Position numbers and translations under genes: made by a program
The notes under the pieces: generated by a model
Databases searched by the model: none
Seen by the model: only the letters and a program-made list of their open reading frames with translations
What the model was told of the DNA's origin: nothing
Shown here: positions 26,416 to 33,684 of the stretch, in pieces
Position numbering within the stretch: the stretch's first letter is position 1
Layout: each line of letters opens with the position of its first letter
Assembly: GCA_031264545.1 (NCBI GenBank)
Contig: JAISDV010000151.1
Location: 1-40,509, forward strand
Direction: 5' to 3'
DNA length: 40,509 nt
DNA from: Oscillospiraceae bacterium
Lineage (GTDB): Bacteria; Bacillota; Clostridia; Oscillospirales; Oscillospiraceae

Positions 26416-26458
26416 AGAACCTGAATTCACAGCGTTTCGCGCTGTGAATTCAGGTTCT
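26416..26458. repeat. full copy E1 of the palindromic repeat family (also a bidirectional hairpin between convergent genes)
   Basis: AGAACCTGAATTCACAGCG (26416-26434), loop TTTCG, CGCTGTGAATTCAGGTTCT (26440-26458). The 19-bp arms are perfect. Confidence 0.85.
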
Positions 26459-27719
26459 TAATTTCTATTCACCACGCTGTCCATGTACTCGGCGAGCAGG
26501 CGCTTGATCTCGGGAAGGGACCTGTAGCGGCTGTCCGTGTTGTCGATGTCCGCGAGGAGCATCGGGAAGCCGAAGCGTTCCGTGAGCGCGTCGGAAATCA
26601 GCTTTGCCGCGCCCCAGATGTGCCGGCAGCCCCGGCTGCCTAAAAGAACGAACACATCCGGCCGGAATTCGGGTATCAGCGCTTCGGCGGCGGCAATCAG
26701 CGCCTCGCCGGATACGCCGGAGCCGTGCGCCGCCGCGCCCGTGGCAAGCCGCCGCGCCATGACGGTGAAGCTCGCGTGCCGGTCCGCCGGCTTGTCGAAG
26801 GCTTCACGCCGGCCGAAGCAAAAGCCGTCGAGCACCGTCGCCGCGCCGTAGGCCTGTTCCAGCCACGCGGTCAGCGCGAGACTCTCCCGGCGGAAATTAT
26901 GCATCAGCAGGACCCGGTGCTTTTCACCGCCCGGACAGGGAGAGAAGCCGGCGGCGATCCGTGTCTCGCAGAGCGCGAGCTCGTCCCCGAGCAGGCGCAC
27001 CATTTCCTCCGTCGGACCGAAGGCGTTCATCAGCTCGTTCAGCAGCGCCGTGTGCGAGGAGGCGGGGCAGGGGGCGGCGGCGCGCAGGCGCACGCAGCGT
27101 GCCAGAAGCGCCTCCGAATGGTTATACAGCCGGAGCCTGTGCGCCAGCGCCCCGTCCTCGAGCCGCTTTCCGAAAACCGTTTCCAGAAAGCGCACAAGGC
27201 CGCCGAGCTGCGTCTCGACATAGGCAACGCTTTTCGCGTTCCTGCGGATGGGAATATCGAAGTTGAAAACCGGCGCCTTTATGAAGCGCGCCAGTTCCTT
27301 GCAGGCGGTGCGCGCGGAGTCGCAGGGAATAGGCAGGGTCACAAACGCGTCCGGCGTGAGGCCGAGCCGCTCCGAGACCAGCATCCCTGTCACAGCCTTG
27401 TTCATCGCGCACAGCGTGCTGTTGGCCCTGAGCTCGGCGGAATCGATCAGCGCCGCCGTCAGCGTCTCGTCCTGAGACACGCGCGAAACCAGAAGGTCCA
27501 GGCTGAGCGGGATGCCGTCCAGCGCGTAGATCAGCTCCGCGGGCACCGGACCGGCGGCAAAAATCAGCTTTTTCCCGTTTTCGCCGCGTCGCGCACATGC
27601 TTCCAATAGGCCAGCTCGCAGGGGCCGCCGTCCTGATTCCGCGCCGCCTGCCCGCATATGTAGTCGATCAGGCGCGTATCGCAGCCGGGAAAAGCCTCTT
27701 TGACGCGCATCGCCGCCAT
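26458..27719 (-). pseudogene. 2-hydroxyacyl-CoA dehydratase (HgdB/BcrB-D) family protein, reading frame interrupted by a 1-nt shift
   Basis: A strong RBS (GGAGGTG, 6 nt) plus ATG 27719 opens MAAMRVKEAFPGCDTRLIDYICGQ...WKHVRDAAKTGK, which stops at 27566-27564. The family sequence continues in the -1 frame as KLIFAAGPVPAELIYALDGIPL...LPIPCDSARTACKE...GSRGCRHIW...LLADIDNTDSR down to the stop at 26458. The span is 1262 nt (3n+2). Confidence 0.75.
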
Positions 27720-27881
27720 TGTTTTCACCTCCGAAAAAGCTGCCGGAATTGCCGAAGCCGGCCGGATAAACGCTTTGATTATCTGATAGTCTTGTATATA
27801 ACGATATGCCGGAAAAAGCAAGCCCTCTCCGGCCGGTACTTTTTCCTGAAAATAAAGGCTGCAATTTGGTTATAGTGACAA

Positions 27882-27914
27882 TTGAATTCCTATAATCCCT
27901 ATAGTATAATAGGG
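27882..27914 (+). promoter_or_regulatory. promoter of the first Rrf2 gene with an overlapping 18-bp palindrome
   Basis: TTGAAT (27882-87), 17 nt, TATAAT (27905-10). The palindrome CCCTAT-AGTATA-ATAGGG (27897-27914) covers the -10. Confidence 0.5.
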
Positions 27915-27935
27915 TAAATGAAGGGGGCGGCAGGC

Positions 27936-28385
27936 GTGAAGATAACCACAAAAGGGCGCTATGCGCTGCGGATCATGGTTGATCTGGCGCGCCATCAGAC
28001 CGGAAATTTCATACCGCTGAAGGAGGCTTCCGAGCGCCAGGGCATCTCGGAAAAGTATGCCGAAATGATCATCAGCCTCCTGAATAAGGCGGGCTTTGTG
28101 ATAAGCTCACGCGGCAAGGGCGGCGGCTACCAGCTCGCCAAACCCGCGGAGAGAGTCACCGTCGGTTCGGTGCTGAAGGCGACGGAGGGCAGTCTCGCCC
28201 CGGTCATCTGCCTGGAGCTTCCTGAAAACGCCTGCCCGCACGCCGGCTACTGCGAAACGCTGCCCATGTGGACGGAGCTCGACAGGCGGATAGACGAGTA
28301 CCTCGAAAGCATCACGCTCTCCGACCTGCTCCGCCAGACTGAAGCGGCCTCAAACAGCAGCTGTATCGGTTCGCATAAGCTGTAA
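27936..28385 (+). CDS. Rrf2-family transcriptional regulator (IscR-like, three-Cys cluster motif)
   Basis: A GTG 27936 start after AAGGGGG gives (M)KITTKGRYALRIMVDLARH.... It contains C-x7-C-x5-C (PVICLELPENACPHAGYCE). Confidence 0.85.
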   Translation: MKITTKGRYALRIMVDLARHQTGNFIPLKEASERQGISEKYAEMIISLLNKAGFVISSRGKGGGYQLAKPAERVTVGSVLKATEGSLAPVICLELPENACPHAGYCETLPMWTELDRRIDEYLESITLSDLLRQTEAASNSSCIGSHKL

Positions 28386-28513
28386 CAGAATAATTGCGAT
28401 AATTGCGCGTGCGCAATGAAAACGGCGTGCTGGGCGCTTACTGTCATATATATCCTATGGGAATTATATGAAATTGGCAGCTGTATCGAATAACGCATAG
28501 GGATGGGATCAGG

Positions 28514-29431
28514 ATGGGAATCAAAGCGTTTCAGGAAGAGGTCCTGAAGCTCAAAAAAGAAAAGGACGTGTGCATACTGGCACACAGTTATCAATCCAGG
28601 GAGATAACGGAGATCGCGGATTTGGTGGGCGACTCCTTTGCGCTGAGCGCCGCCGCGGCGAAGATGCCCCAGAAAACCGTCATCATGTGCGGCGTGCGCT
28701 TTATGGCGGAAACGGTCAAGATCCTCTCCCCGGAAAAAACGGTGTATCTCGCAAATCCGCTGGCGGGCTGTCCCATGGCGGACCAGATGGACAGGGACCT
28801 TATACGGCAGGTCAGGGAGCGCTTCCCGGATTACACCGTGGTCTGCTATATCAACACCACGACCGAACTGAAAACGGTGTGCGACGTCTGCGTAACCTCC
28901 TCCTCGGCGGTCAGGATCATCGAAAAGCTGCCGGACAAAAATATTCTTTTTATCCCCGACAAACAGCTTGGCGGCTATGTGGCGAAACGGCTGCCCGAAA
29001 AGAATTTCAAGCTGCTTTCCGGCGGCTGTCCCACCCACCTGCGGGCGGGCAGGCGCGCGCTGGAAAAGGCGAGAGCGCTGTATCCGGACGCCCTGCTGCT
29101 GGCGCACCCGGAGTGCCTGCCCGACATTACGGAGGCCGCGGACTATGTCGGCTCCACCTCCGGTATCGTCGCGTATGCGAAGCAATCCGGCGCGCGGGAA
29201 TTTATCATAGGAACCGAGCTCTCAATACTCGCGCACCTCCAATATGACTGTCCCGAAAAACGTTTTTATCCGCTTTCGATCGACCTTGTCTGCCACAACA
29301 TGAAGATCACGACCTTAACGGATGTCCGGGATTGTCTCAGGGGAACGGGCGGGGAGCGCATCACGCTTGACGAGGAGACCCGATTGCAGGCAAAAAAATG
29401 TATCGACCGCATGATCGCGCTTGGAAACTAA
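28514..29431 (+). CDS. nadA: quinolinate synthase NadA
   Basis: 305 aa, collinear with Thermotoga NadA as remembered. Matching segments include [52 protein letters not shown] and VCHNMK. Confidence 0.9.
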   Translation: MGIKAFQEEVLKLKKEKDVCILAHSYQSREITEIADLVGDSFALSAAAAKMPQKTVIMCGVRFMAETVKILSPEKTVYLANPLAGCPMADQMDRDLIRQVRERFPDYTVVCYINTTTELKTVCDVCVTSSSAVRIIEKLPDKNILFIPDKQLGGYVAKRLPEKNFKLLSGGCPTHLRAGRRALEKARALYPDALLLAHPECLPDITEAADYVGSTSGIVAYAKQSGAREFIIGTELSILAHLQYDCPEKRFYPLSIDLVCHNMKITTLTDVRDCLRGTGGERITLDEETRLQAKKCIDRMIALGN

Positions 29432-29432
29432 T

Positions 29433-29473
29433 GAACCAGTATACACAGCGTTTCGCACTGTGAATACAGGTTC
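29433..29473. repeat. full copy E2 of the palindromic repeat family, in the nadA-nifS spacer
   Basis: GAACCAGTATACACAGCG, loop TTTC, GCACTGTGAATACAGGTTC. It has the same loop and arm ends as E1, with three arm mismatches. Confidence 0.8.
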
Positions 29474-29510
29474 TAAACACGCAATGACGCAAGGAAAGGG
29501 AGTTTATCAC

Positions 29511-30683
29511 ATGAACATCTACGCAGATAACGCCGCGACCACGAAGGTCAGCAAAACCGCCCTTGACGCGATGCTGCCCTGCTTCGCCGAGGCCTACGGC
29601 AACCCCTCCAGCCCCCACCACATCGGACAGGAGGCCGCAAAGCTGCTTATGGCCGCGCGCGAGACCGTGGCCGGCTATATCGGGGCGGAGCCGAGCGAGG
29701 TCCTCTTCACCTCCGGCGGGAGCGAGTCGGACAATCAGGCCATCATCACCGCCGCGGTGCTCGGCGCGAGACGCGGAAAGAAGCACCTTGTCTCCACCAA
29801 ATTTGAACACCACGCGGTGCTCCACACGCTGAAAAAGCTCGAGAAGGAGGGCTTTTTGCTCACGCTTCTGGACGTGCACGAGGACGGCCTGGTCAGGCTT
29901 GAGGAGCTCGAAGCCGCTCTTCGCCCGGATACGGCGCTTGTCACCGTCATGTACGCCAACAACGAGATCGGCACGATCCAGCCGATAAAGGAGATTGGCG
30001 CAATCTGCCGTGAAAAGGGCGTGCTTTTCCACACGGACGCCGTTCAGGCGGCGGGACACCTGCCGATCAACGTCAAGGACCAGAATATCGACATGCTGTC
30101 CCTGTCCGCGCACAAGTTCTGCGGGCCGAAGGGCGCGGGCGTATTCTTCGTCAGGAAGGGCATCGCCATAACGTCGCTCATCGAGGGCGGCGCGCAGGAG
30201 CGCGGAAAGCGCGCCGGGACTGAGAACGTCCCCGCGATCGTCGGCATGGCCGCGGCCTTCAAAGAGGCCTGCGACAATATAGCGGAAAACACGCCGAAAA
30301 TCCGGGCGCTCCGGGATAAGCTCATCGACGGCATACTGAAAATGGACGAGGTCATTCTGAACGGCGACAGGGAAAAGCGCCTGCCCGGCAACGTCAACGT
30401 CTCCATCAAGGGCATTGAGGGCGAAAGCCTCCTGCTCATGCTCGATCACGTCGGCATCTGCGGCTCCTCCGGCTCGGCCTGCACCTCCGGCTCGCTCGAC
30501 CCAAGCCACGTCCTGCTCGCGATCGGCCTGGTGCACGAGGTTGCGCACGGCTCGCTGCGCCTGTCGCTCGACGAGAACAATACCGAGGAGGAGATCGACT
30601 ATATCCTTGAAAAGCTCCCCCCGATCGTGGAAAGGCTCAGGTCGATGTCGCCTGTCTGGAAAAAAATGAAGGAGGGCAAATAA
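29511..30683 (+). CDS. nifS: cysteine desulfurase NifS/IscS
   Basis: ATG 29511 follows GGGAG and gives [14 protein letters not shown].... It has a PLP lysine motif ([10 protein letters not shown]) and an active-site loop ([10 protein letters not shown]). The upstream 30 codons of the track ORF cover repeat E2. Confidence 0.9.
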   Translation: MNIYADNAATTKVSKTALDAMLPCFAEAYGNPSSPHHIGQEAAKLLMAARETVAGYIGAEPSEVLFTSGGSESDNQAIITAAVLGARRGKKHLVSTKFEHHAVLHTLKKLEKEGFLLTLLDVHEDGLVRLEELEAALRPDTALVTVMYANNEIGTIQPIKEIGAICREKGVLFHTDAVQAAGHLPINVKDQNIDMLSLSAHKFCGPKGAGVFFVRKGIAITSLIEGGAQERGKRAGTENVPAIVGMAAAFKEACDNIAENTPKIRALRDKLIDGILKMDEVILNGDREKRLPGNVNVSIKGIEGESLLLMLDHVGICGSSGSACTSGSLDPSHVLLAIGLVHEVAHGSLRLSLDENNTEEEIDYILEKLPPIVERLRSMSPVWKKMKEGK

Positions 30684-30684
30684 A

Positions 30685-31119
30685 ATGATGATGTACAGCG
30701 AAAAGGTCATGGACCACTTCACCAACCCCCGCAATGTCGGTGAGATCGACGGCGCGAGCGGAGTCGGAGAGGTCGGAAACGCCAAATGCGGCGACATCAT
30801 GAAAATCTTTCTCAAGATCGACGACGACGGCGTCATCACCGACGTCAAGTTCAACACCTTCGGCTGCGGCGCGGCGATCGCGACCAGCTCGATGGCGACC
30901 GAGATGATAAAGGGCAAGCACATCGAAGATGCCATGAAGCTGACGAACAAGGCCGTGGCCCAGGCGCTCGACGGGCTGCCCCCGGTCAAGCTGCACTGTT
31001 CCGTGCTGGCCGAGGAGGGCGTGCGTACCGCGCTGCTGGATTATTTCACCAGGCGCGGCGAGGAAATGCCCGAGGAATACAAGCCCCGGCATGAGGACTG
31101 CGACGCCTGTTTTATATAG
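30685..31119 (+). CDS. nifU: Fe-S cluster assembly scaffold NifU/IscU
   Basis: 144 aa with the three scaffold Cys motifs: NAKCGD, FGCGAAIA and LHCSVLA. Confidence 0.9.
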   Translation: MMMYSEKVMDHFTNPRNVGEIDGASGVGEVGNAKCGDIMKIFLKIDDDGVITDVKFNTFGCGAAIATSSMATEMIKGKHIEDAMKLTNKAVAQALDGLPPVKLHCSVLAEEGVRTALLDYFTRRGEEMPEEYKPRHEDCDACFI

Positions 31120-31171
31120 CGGCCGCGACCTGCGCGCCCGGAAAAAGCTTGTCCGTATCCCCCGGGGCGGC

Positions 31172-31200
31172 TTGCGGTTTGTCTCCCTTTGTTCTATAAT
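31172..31200 (+). promoter_or_regulatory. promoter of the histidine-rich protein gene
   Basis: TTGCGG (31172-77), 17 nt, TATAAT (31195-200). Confidence 0.5.
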
Positions 31201-31254
31201 GTTTATCAAGGCAAGGTACAAGCGTCAAATTTACTTTCAGAAGGAGTTTTCGAT

Positions 31255-31668
31255 ATGTGCGGCAATAACTGCGGCGAGACCTCGCACGCGCACGACCAGC
31301 CCCACGAGCACGGGCACGCCCATATCCATGAGCACGCGCACGTGCATGACGGCGAGGCCGGGCATACCCACGCGCACCGGCATACCCACAGCCATGCGCA
31401 CGCGCACGGGCAGGAACACAGCCACGAGCAGGATGCGCTTTCGGGTCACGGGCACAGCCACGGGCAGGACGCGCTGAAGGCGGACGAAAACCTCGCGCTC
31501 CTGAACTATATGATCGACCATAACCGGCACCACGGCGAGGATCTTCACGCGCTGTATCACGCGCTGGAGGCGGCCGGCAAAAAGGAAGCCGCGGCGCTTG
31601 TCTCAGAGGCGGCGGCAGTCTACGAAAAGGGCAACGGCCTGCTCGGGGCCGCGCTCAAGCTGCTTTAA
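31255..31668 (+). CDS. histidine-rich metal-binding protein (CooJ/HypB-tail-like chaperone candidate)
   Basis: ATG 31255 follows GAAGGAG. The product begins MCGNNCGETSHAHDQPHEHGHAHIHEHAHVHDGEAGHTHAHRHTHSHAHAHGQEHSHEQDALSGHGHSHG. By my count there are 23 His in the first 70 or so residues. A helical C-terminal half follows (...NLALLNYMIDHNRHHGEDLHALYHALEAAGKKEAA...). Confidence 0.7.
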   Translation: MCGNNCGETSHAHDQPHEHGHAHIHEHAHVHDGEAGHTHAHRHTHSHAHAHGQEHSHEQDALSGHGHSHGQDALKADENLALLNYMIDHNRHHGEDLHALYHALEAAGKKEAAALVSEAAAVYEKGNGLLGAALKLL

Positions 31669-31808
31669 CCGGGCTTTTGATAAGCCTGCACGCCCGTTTT
31701 CGGGCGCGAAGCGCGCCCGCTTCGCTTCAACCGCGCTTCATGCGCACAAAGAGCCTGCCCTTTAATGGCCTGTTTGTATCTTGAACACAGCGAAAGGAAT
31801 GAATTATT

Positions 31809-32000
31809 ATGTGTCTTTCAACTGCTTACGACATCGGCGGCGGGACTGAAAAGCTGATAGCCGACAGGGTGACCGGCATCAGCGTCGAGGAAGGGGCCGT
31901 CAGGCTCACCACCCTGCTCGGGACGCAGACGCTTGTCGAGGGCCGGCTGAAAAGCGTCGACCTGAACAGGAATGTCATACTCATCGAGGCAAAGCAGTAG
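31809..32000 (+). CDS. cooT: CooT-family nickel-binding protein
   Basis: 63 aa reading MCLSTAYDIGGGTEKLIADRVTGISVEEGAVRLTTLLGTQTLVEGRLKSVDLNRNVILIEAKQ. Size, the Met-Cys2 N-terminus and the ...V.....G.V.L..L.G.......I..VDL....I.L pattern match CooT as remembered. Confidence 0.75.
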   Translation: MCLSTAYDIGGGTEKLIADRVTGISVEEGAVRLTTLLGTQTLVEGRLKSVDLNRNVILIEAKQ

Positions 32001-32062
32001 GACCCGGCGCACGCCGGAAAACGAGGGAACGCGGCCAACGCCGCTCTCCGACAGGGAAACAT

Positions 32063-32104
32063 GTAAGCGGAGCGACCGAAAGGTCGCTCCGCTTACGGTT
32101 TTCG
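32063..32104 (+). terminator. strong intrinsic terminator after cooT
   Basis: GTAAGCGGAGCGACC, loop GAAA, GGTCGCTCCGCTTAC, followed by GGTTTTCG. Confidence 0.85.
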
Positions 32105-32217
32105 CCGCTGATGACAGCGTTTACGCTTGAAATTCTTGACAAACGCCGCAATAAGGGGCATACTATTATCAAATCATGATTTGTAAAATCGTAATTTGAA
32201 AAGATGAGGTGCAGCCT

Positions 32218-33666
32218 ATGTTTATCGGACGTGAGCAAGAGCTACGGTTTTTTGAGGACAAATATCACGCAAGCGGCGGGCAGCTGCTGATGCTTTACGG
32301 CCGGCGCAGGGTCGGCAAAACTGAACTGCTCCGTAAATTTTGCAAGGGCAAGCCTCATGTTTTCTACACCTGCCGTGAAGCAACGGACACGGAGCAAATC
32401 CGGGCATTTTCCGAGCGGGTGCTGTCCTCCGGTATTCCGGCGGCGAGATATATCAGCGTATTCCCCGATTGGGAAGCGGCATTGCGCGCAATTACCGAAT
32501 TGCCGTCAAGCAGCGAAAAAAAGCTGCTGGTCATTGATGAGTTTCCATATATGTGTAAGGGCAATCCGTCTATCCCCTCGCTCCTGCAAAACCTATGGGA
32601 TGAACTGCTCAAAGACCAAAACGTGATGCTTATCCTGTGCGGCAGCGCGATGAGTTTTATCGAAAAAGAACTGCTGTCGGAGAAAAAGCCGCTCTACGGA
32701 CGCGCCACAGGGATTTATAAAATGAATGAAATGCCGTTCTATGACGCAATCAAGTTTTTCCCGAACTATGCTGATGAGGACAAGGTTTTGGCATATTCCG
32801 TGCTTGGCGGTATCCCGCATTATCTGCGCCAGTTTGACGAAAGGCTGTCACTTGATGACAATATCATAAAAAACGTCTTGACTAAGGGCTGTGTGCTGTA
32901 CAGCGAGGTGGAGTTTCTGTTGCGTCAAGAATTGCGCGAAGCGGCGCTTTACAACACCCTTATTGAAGCGATTGCGCTTGGCAATACGCAGCTCAACGAT
33001 ATTTATACCAAAACCCAGATTGACAAAGCCAAAATCAGCGTTTACTTAAAAAACTTAATCGCGCTTGAAATCCTCCGGCGCGAATTTCCCGTGCTGTCCG
33101 GTGATAAGGAAAAAGCAGTCTCCGCGCGAGGCTTATACCGAATCACCGACAATTTTTTCCGCTTTTGGTTTAGGTTTGTATTCACAAGTCTGTCGGATTT
33201 GGAGGCCGGTGACGCCGAAGGCGTGTACAGGCACTTTGTATTTCCCCAGCTGAATGCGTTCGCCGCGCCTGTGTTTGAACACATCTGCAGAGCGTTTACC
33301 GCCAAGCAAAACCGCGAGGGCAGGCTGCCCTTCCGCGCCGTTAAGGTCGGGCGCTGGTGGGGCAAATCCGGCCGAATTGAAGTAACAGAAACAGGGAAAG
33401 TTAAGCGGGTTCCCTACGAAACGGAGATTGACGTAATGGCGGCGGACAAGGGCGCGAAGAATATTTTGCTCGGCGAATGCAAGTTTCGCAACTCAGAAAT
33501 CACGCGGGGCGAATTTGAAAAGCTGGCTGAAAAATATGTGCCGGAGAAGGTAAAAATCTGTTATAGCCTCTTTTCCAAATCAGGCTTTTCGCAAAGGCTG
33601 ATGGATGAAGCGCGTAAAAATCAAAGCCTTTCGCTTTATACGCTTGCCGATATTTTAAGAGGCTGA
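32218..33666 (+). CDS. AAA+ ATPase (archaeal-ATPase type) with a C-terminal DUF234 / PD-(D/E)xK-like domain
   Basis: ATG 32218 follows GAGGTG. The product begins MFIGREQELRFFEDKY...LYGRRRVGKTELL (Walker A), with LLVIDEFPY (Walker B). The C-terminus reads ...ETEIDVMAADKGAKNILLGECKF (D...ExK). GC is markedly lower than in the neighbours. Confidence 0.75.
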   Translation: MFIGREQELRFFEDKYHASGGQLLMLYGRRRVGKTELLRKFCKGKPHVFYTCREATDTEQIRAFSERVLSSGIPAARYISVFPDWEAALRAITELPSSSEKKLLVIDEFPYMCKGNPSIPSLLQNLWDELLKDQNVMLILCGSAMSFIEKELLSEKKPLYGRATGIYKMNEMPFYDAIKFFPNYADEDKVLAYSVLGGIPHYLRQFDERLSLDDNIIKNVLTKGCVLYSEVEFLLRQELREAALYNTLIEAIALGNTQLNDIYTKTQIDKAKISVYLKNLIALEILRREFPVLSGDKEKAVSARGLYRITDNFFRFWFRFVFTSLSDLEAGDAEGVYRHFVFPQLNAFAAPVFEHICRAFTAKQNREGRLPFRAVKVGRWWGKSGRIEVTETGKVKRVPYETEIDVMAADKGAKNILLGECKFRNSEITRGEFEKLAEKYVPEKVKICYSLFSKSGFSQRLMDEARKNQSLSLYTLADILRG

Positions 33667-33684
33667 CGCAGATCACCCGCCGGC

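Noticed and set aside
26440-26461. Rex/CRP-like half sites inside the palindromic repeat (TGTGAA-N6-TTCTTA; TCACA...TGTGA)
   Set aside because: The TGTGA/TCACA halves are everted with the wrong spacing for CRP or Rex. The second half site matches only 4 of 6 positions. The resemblance is probably coincidental, so I kept the neutral description as a repeat family.
27891-27903. Shared Rrf2 operator motif between the Rrf2 promoter (TATAGGGATTATA, minus strand) and the nadA upstream spacer (TATGGGAATTATA, 28456-28468), plus a partial match to the B. subtilis CymR half site ATAGGAATT at 27885-27893
   Set aside because: The similarity needs an indel, lies in AT-rich promoter DNA where such strings are frequent, and the rest of the 27-bp CymR consensus does not fit. 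It is too weak to call without comparative data.
27720-27951. N-terminal extension of the 497-aa ORF 26458..27951
   Set aside because: It runs through the divergent promoter region and the AT-rich spacer. Its sequence is nonsense-like (MWLSSRLPPPSFTLLYYRDYRNS...). The real N-terminus lies in another frame behind a strong RBS at 27719. See the frameshift finding.
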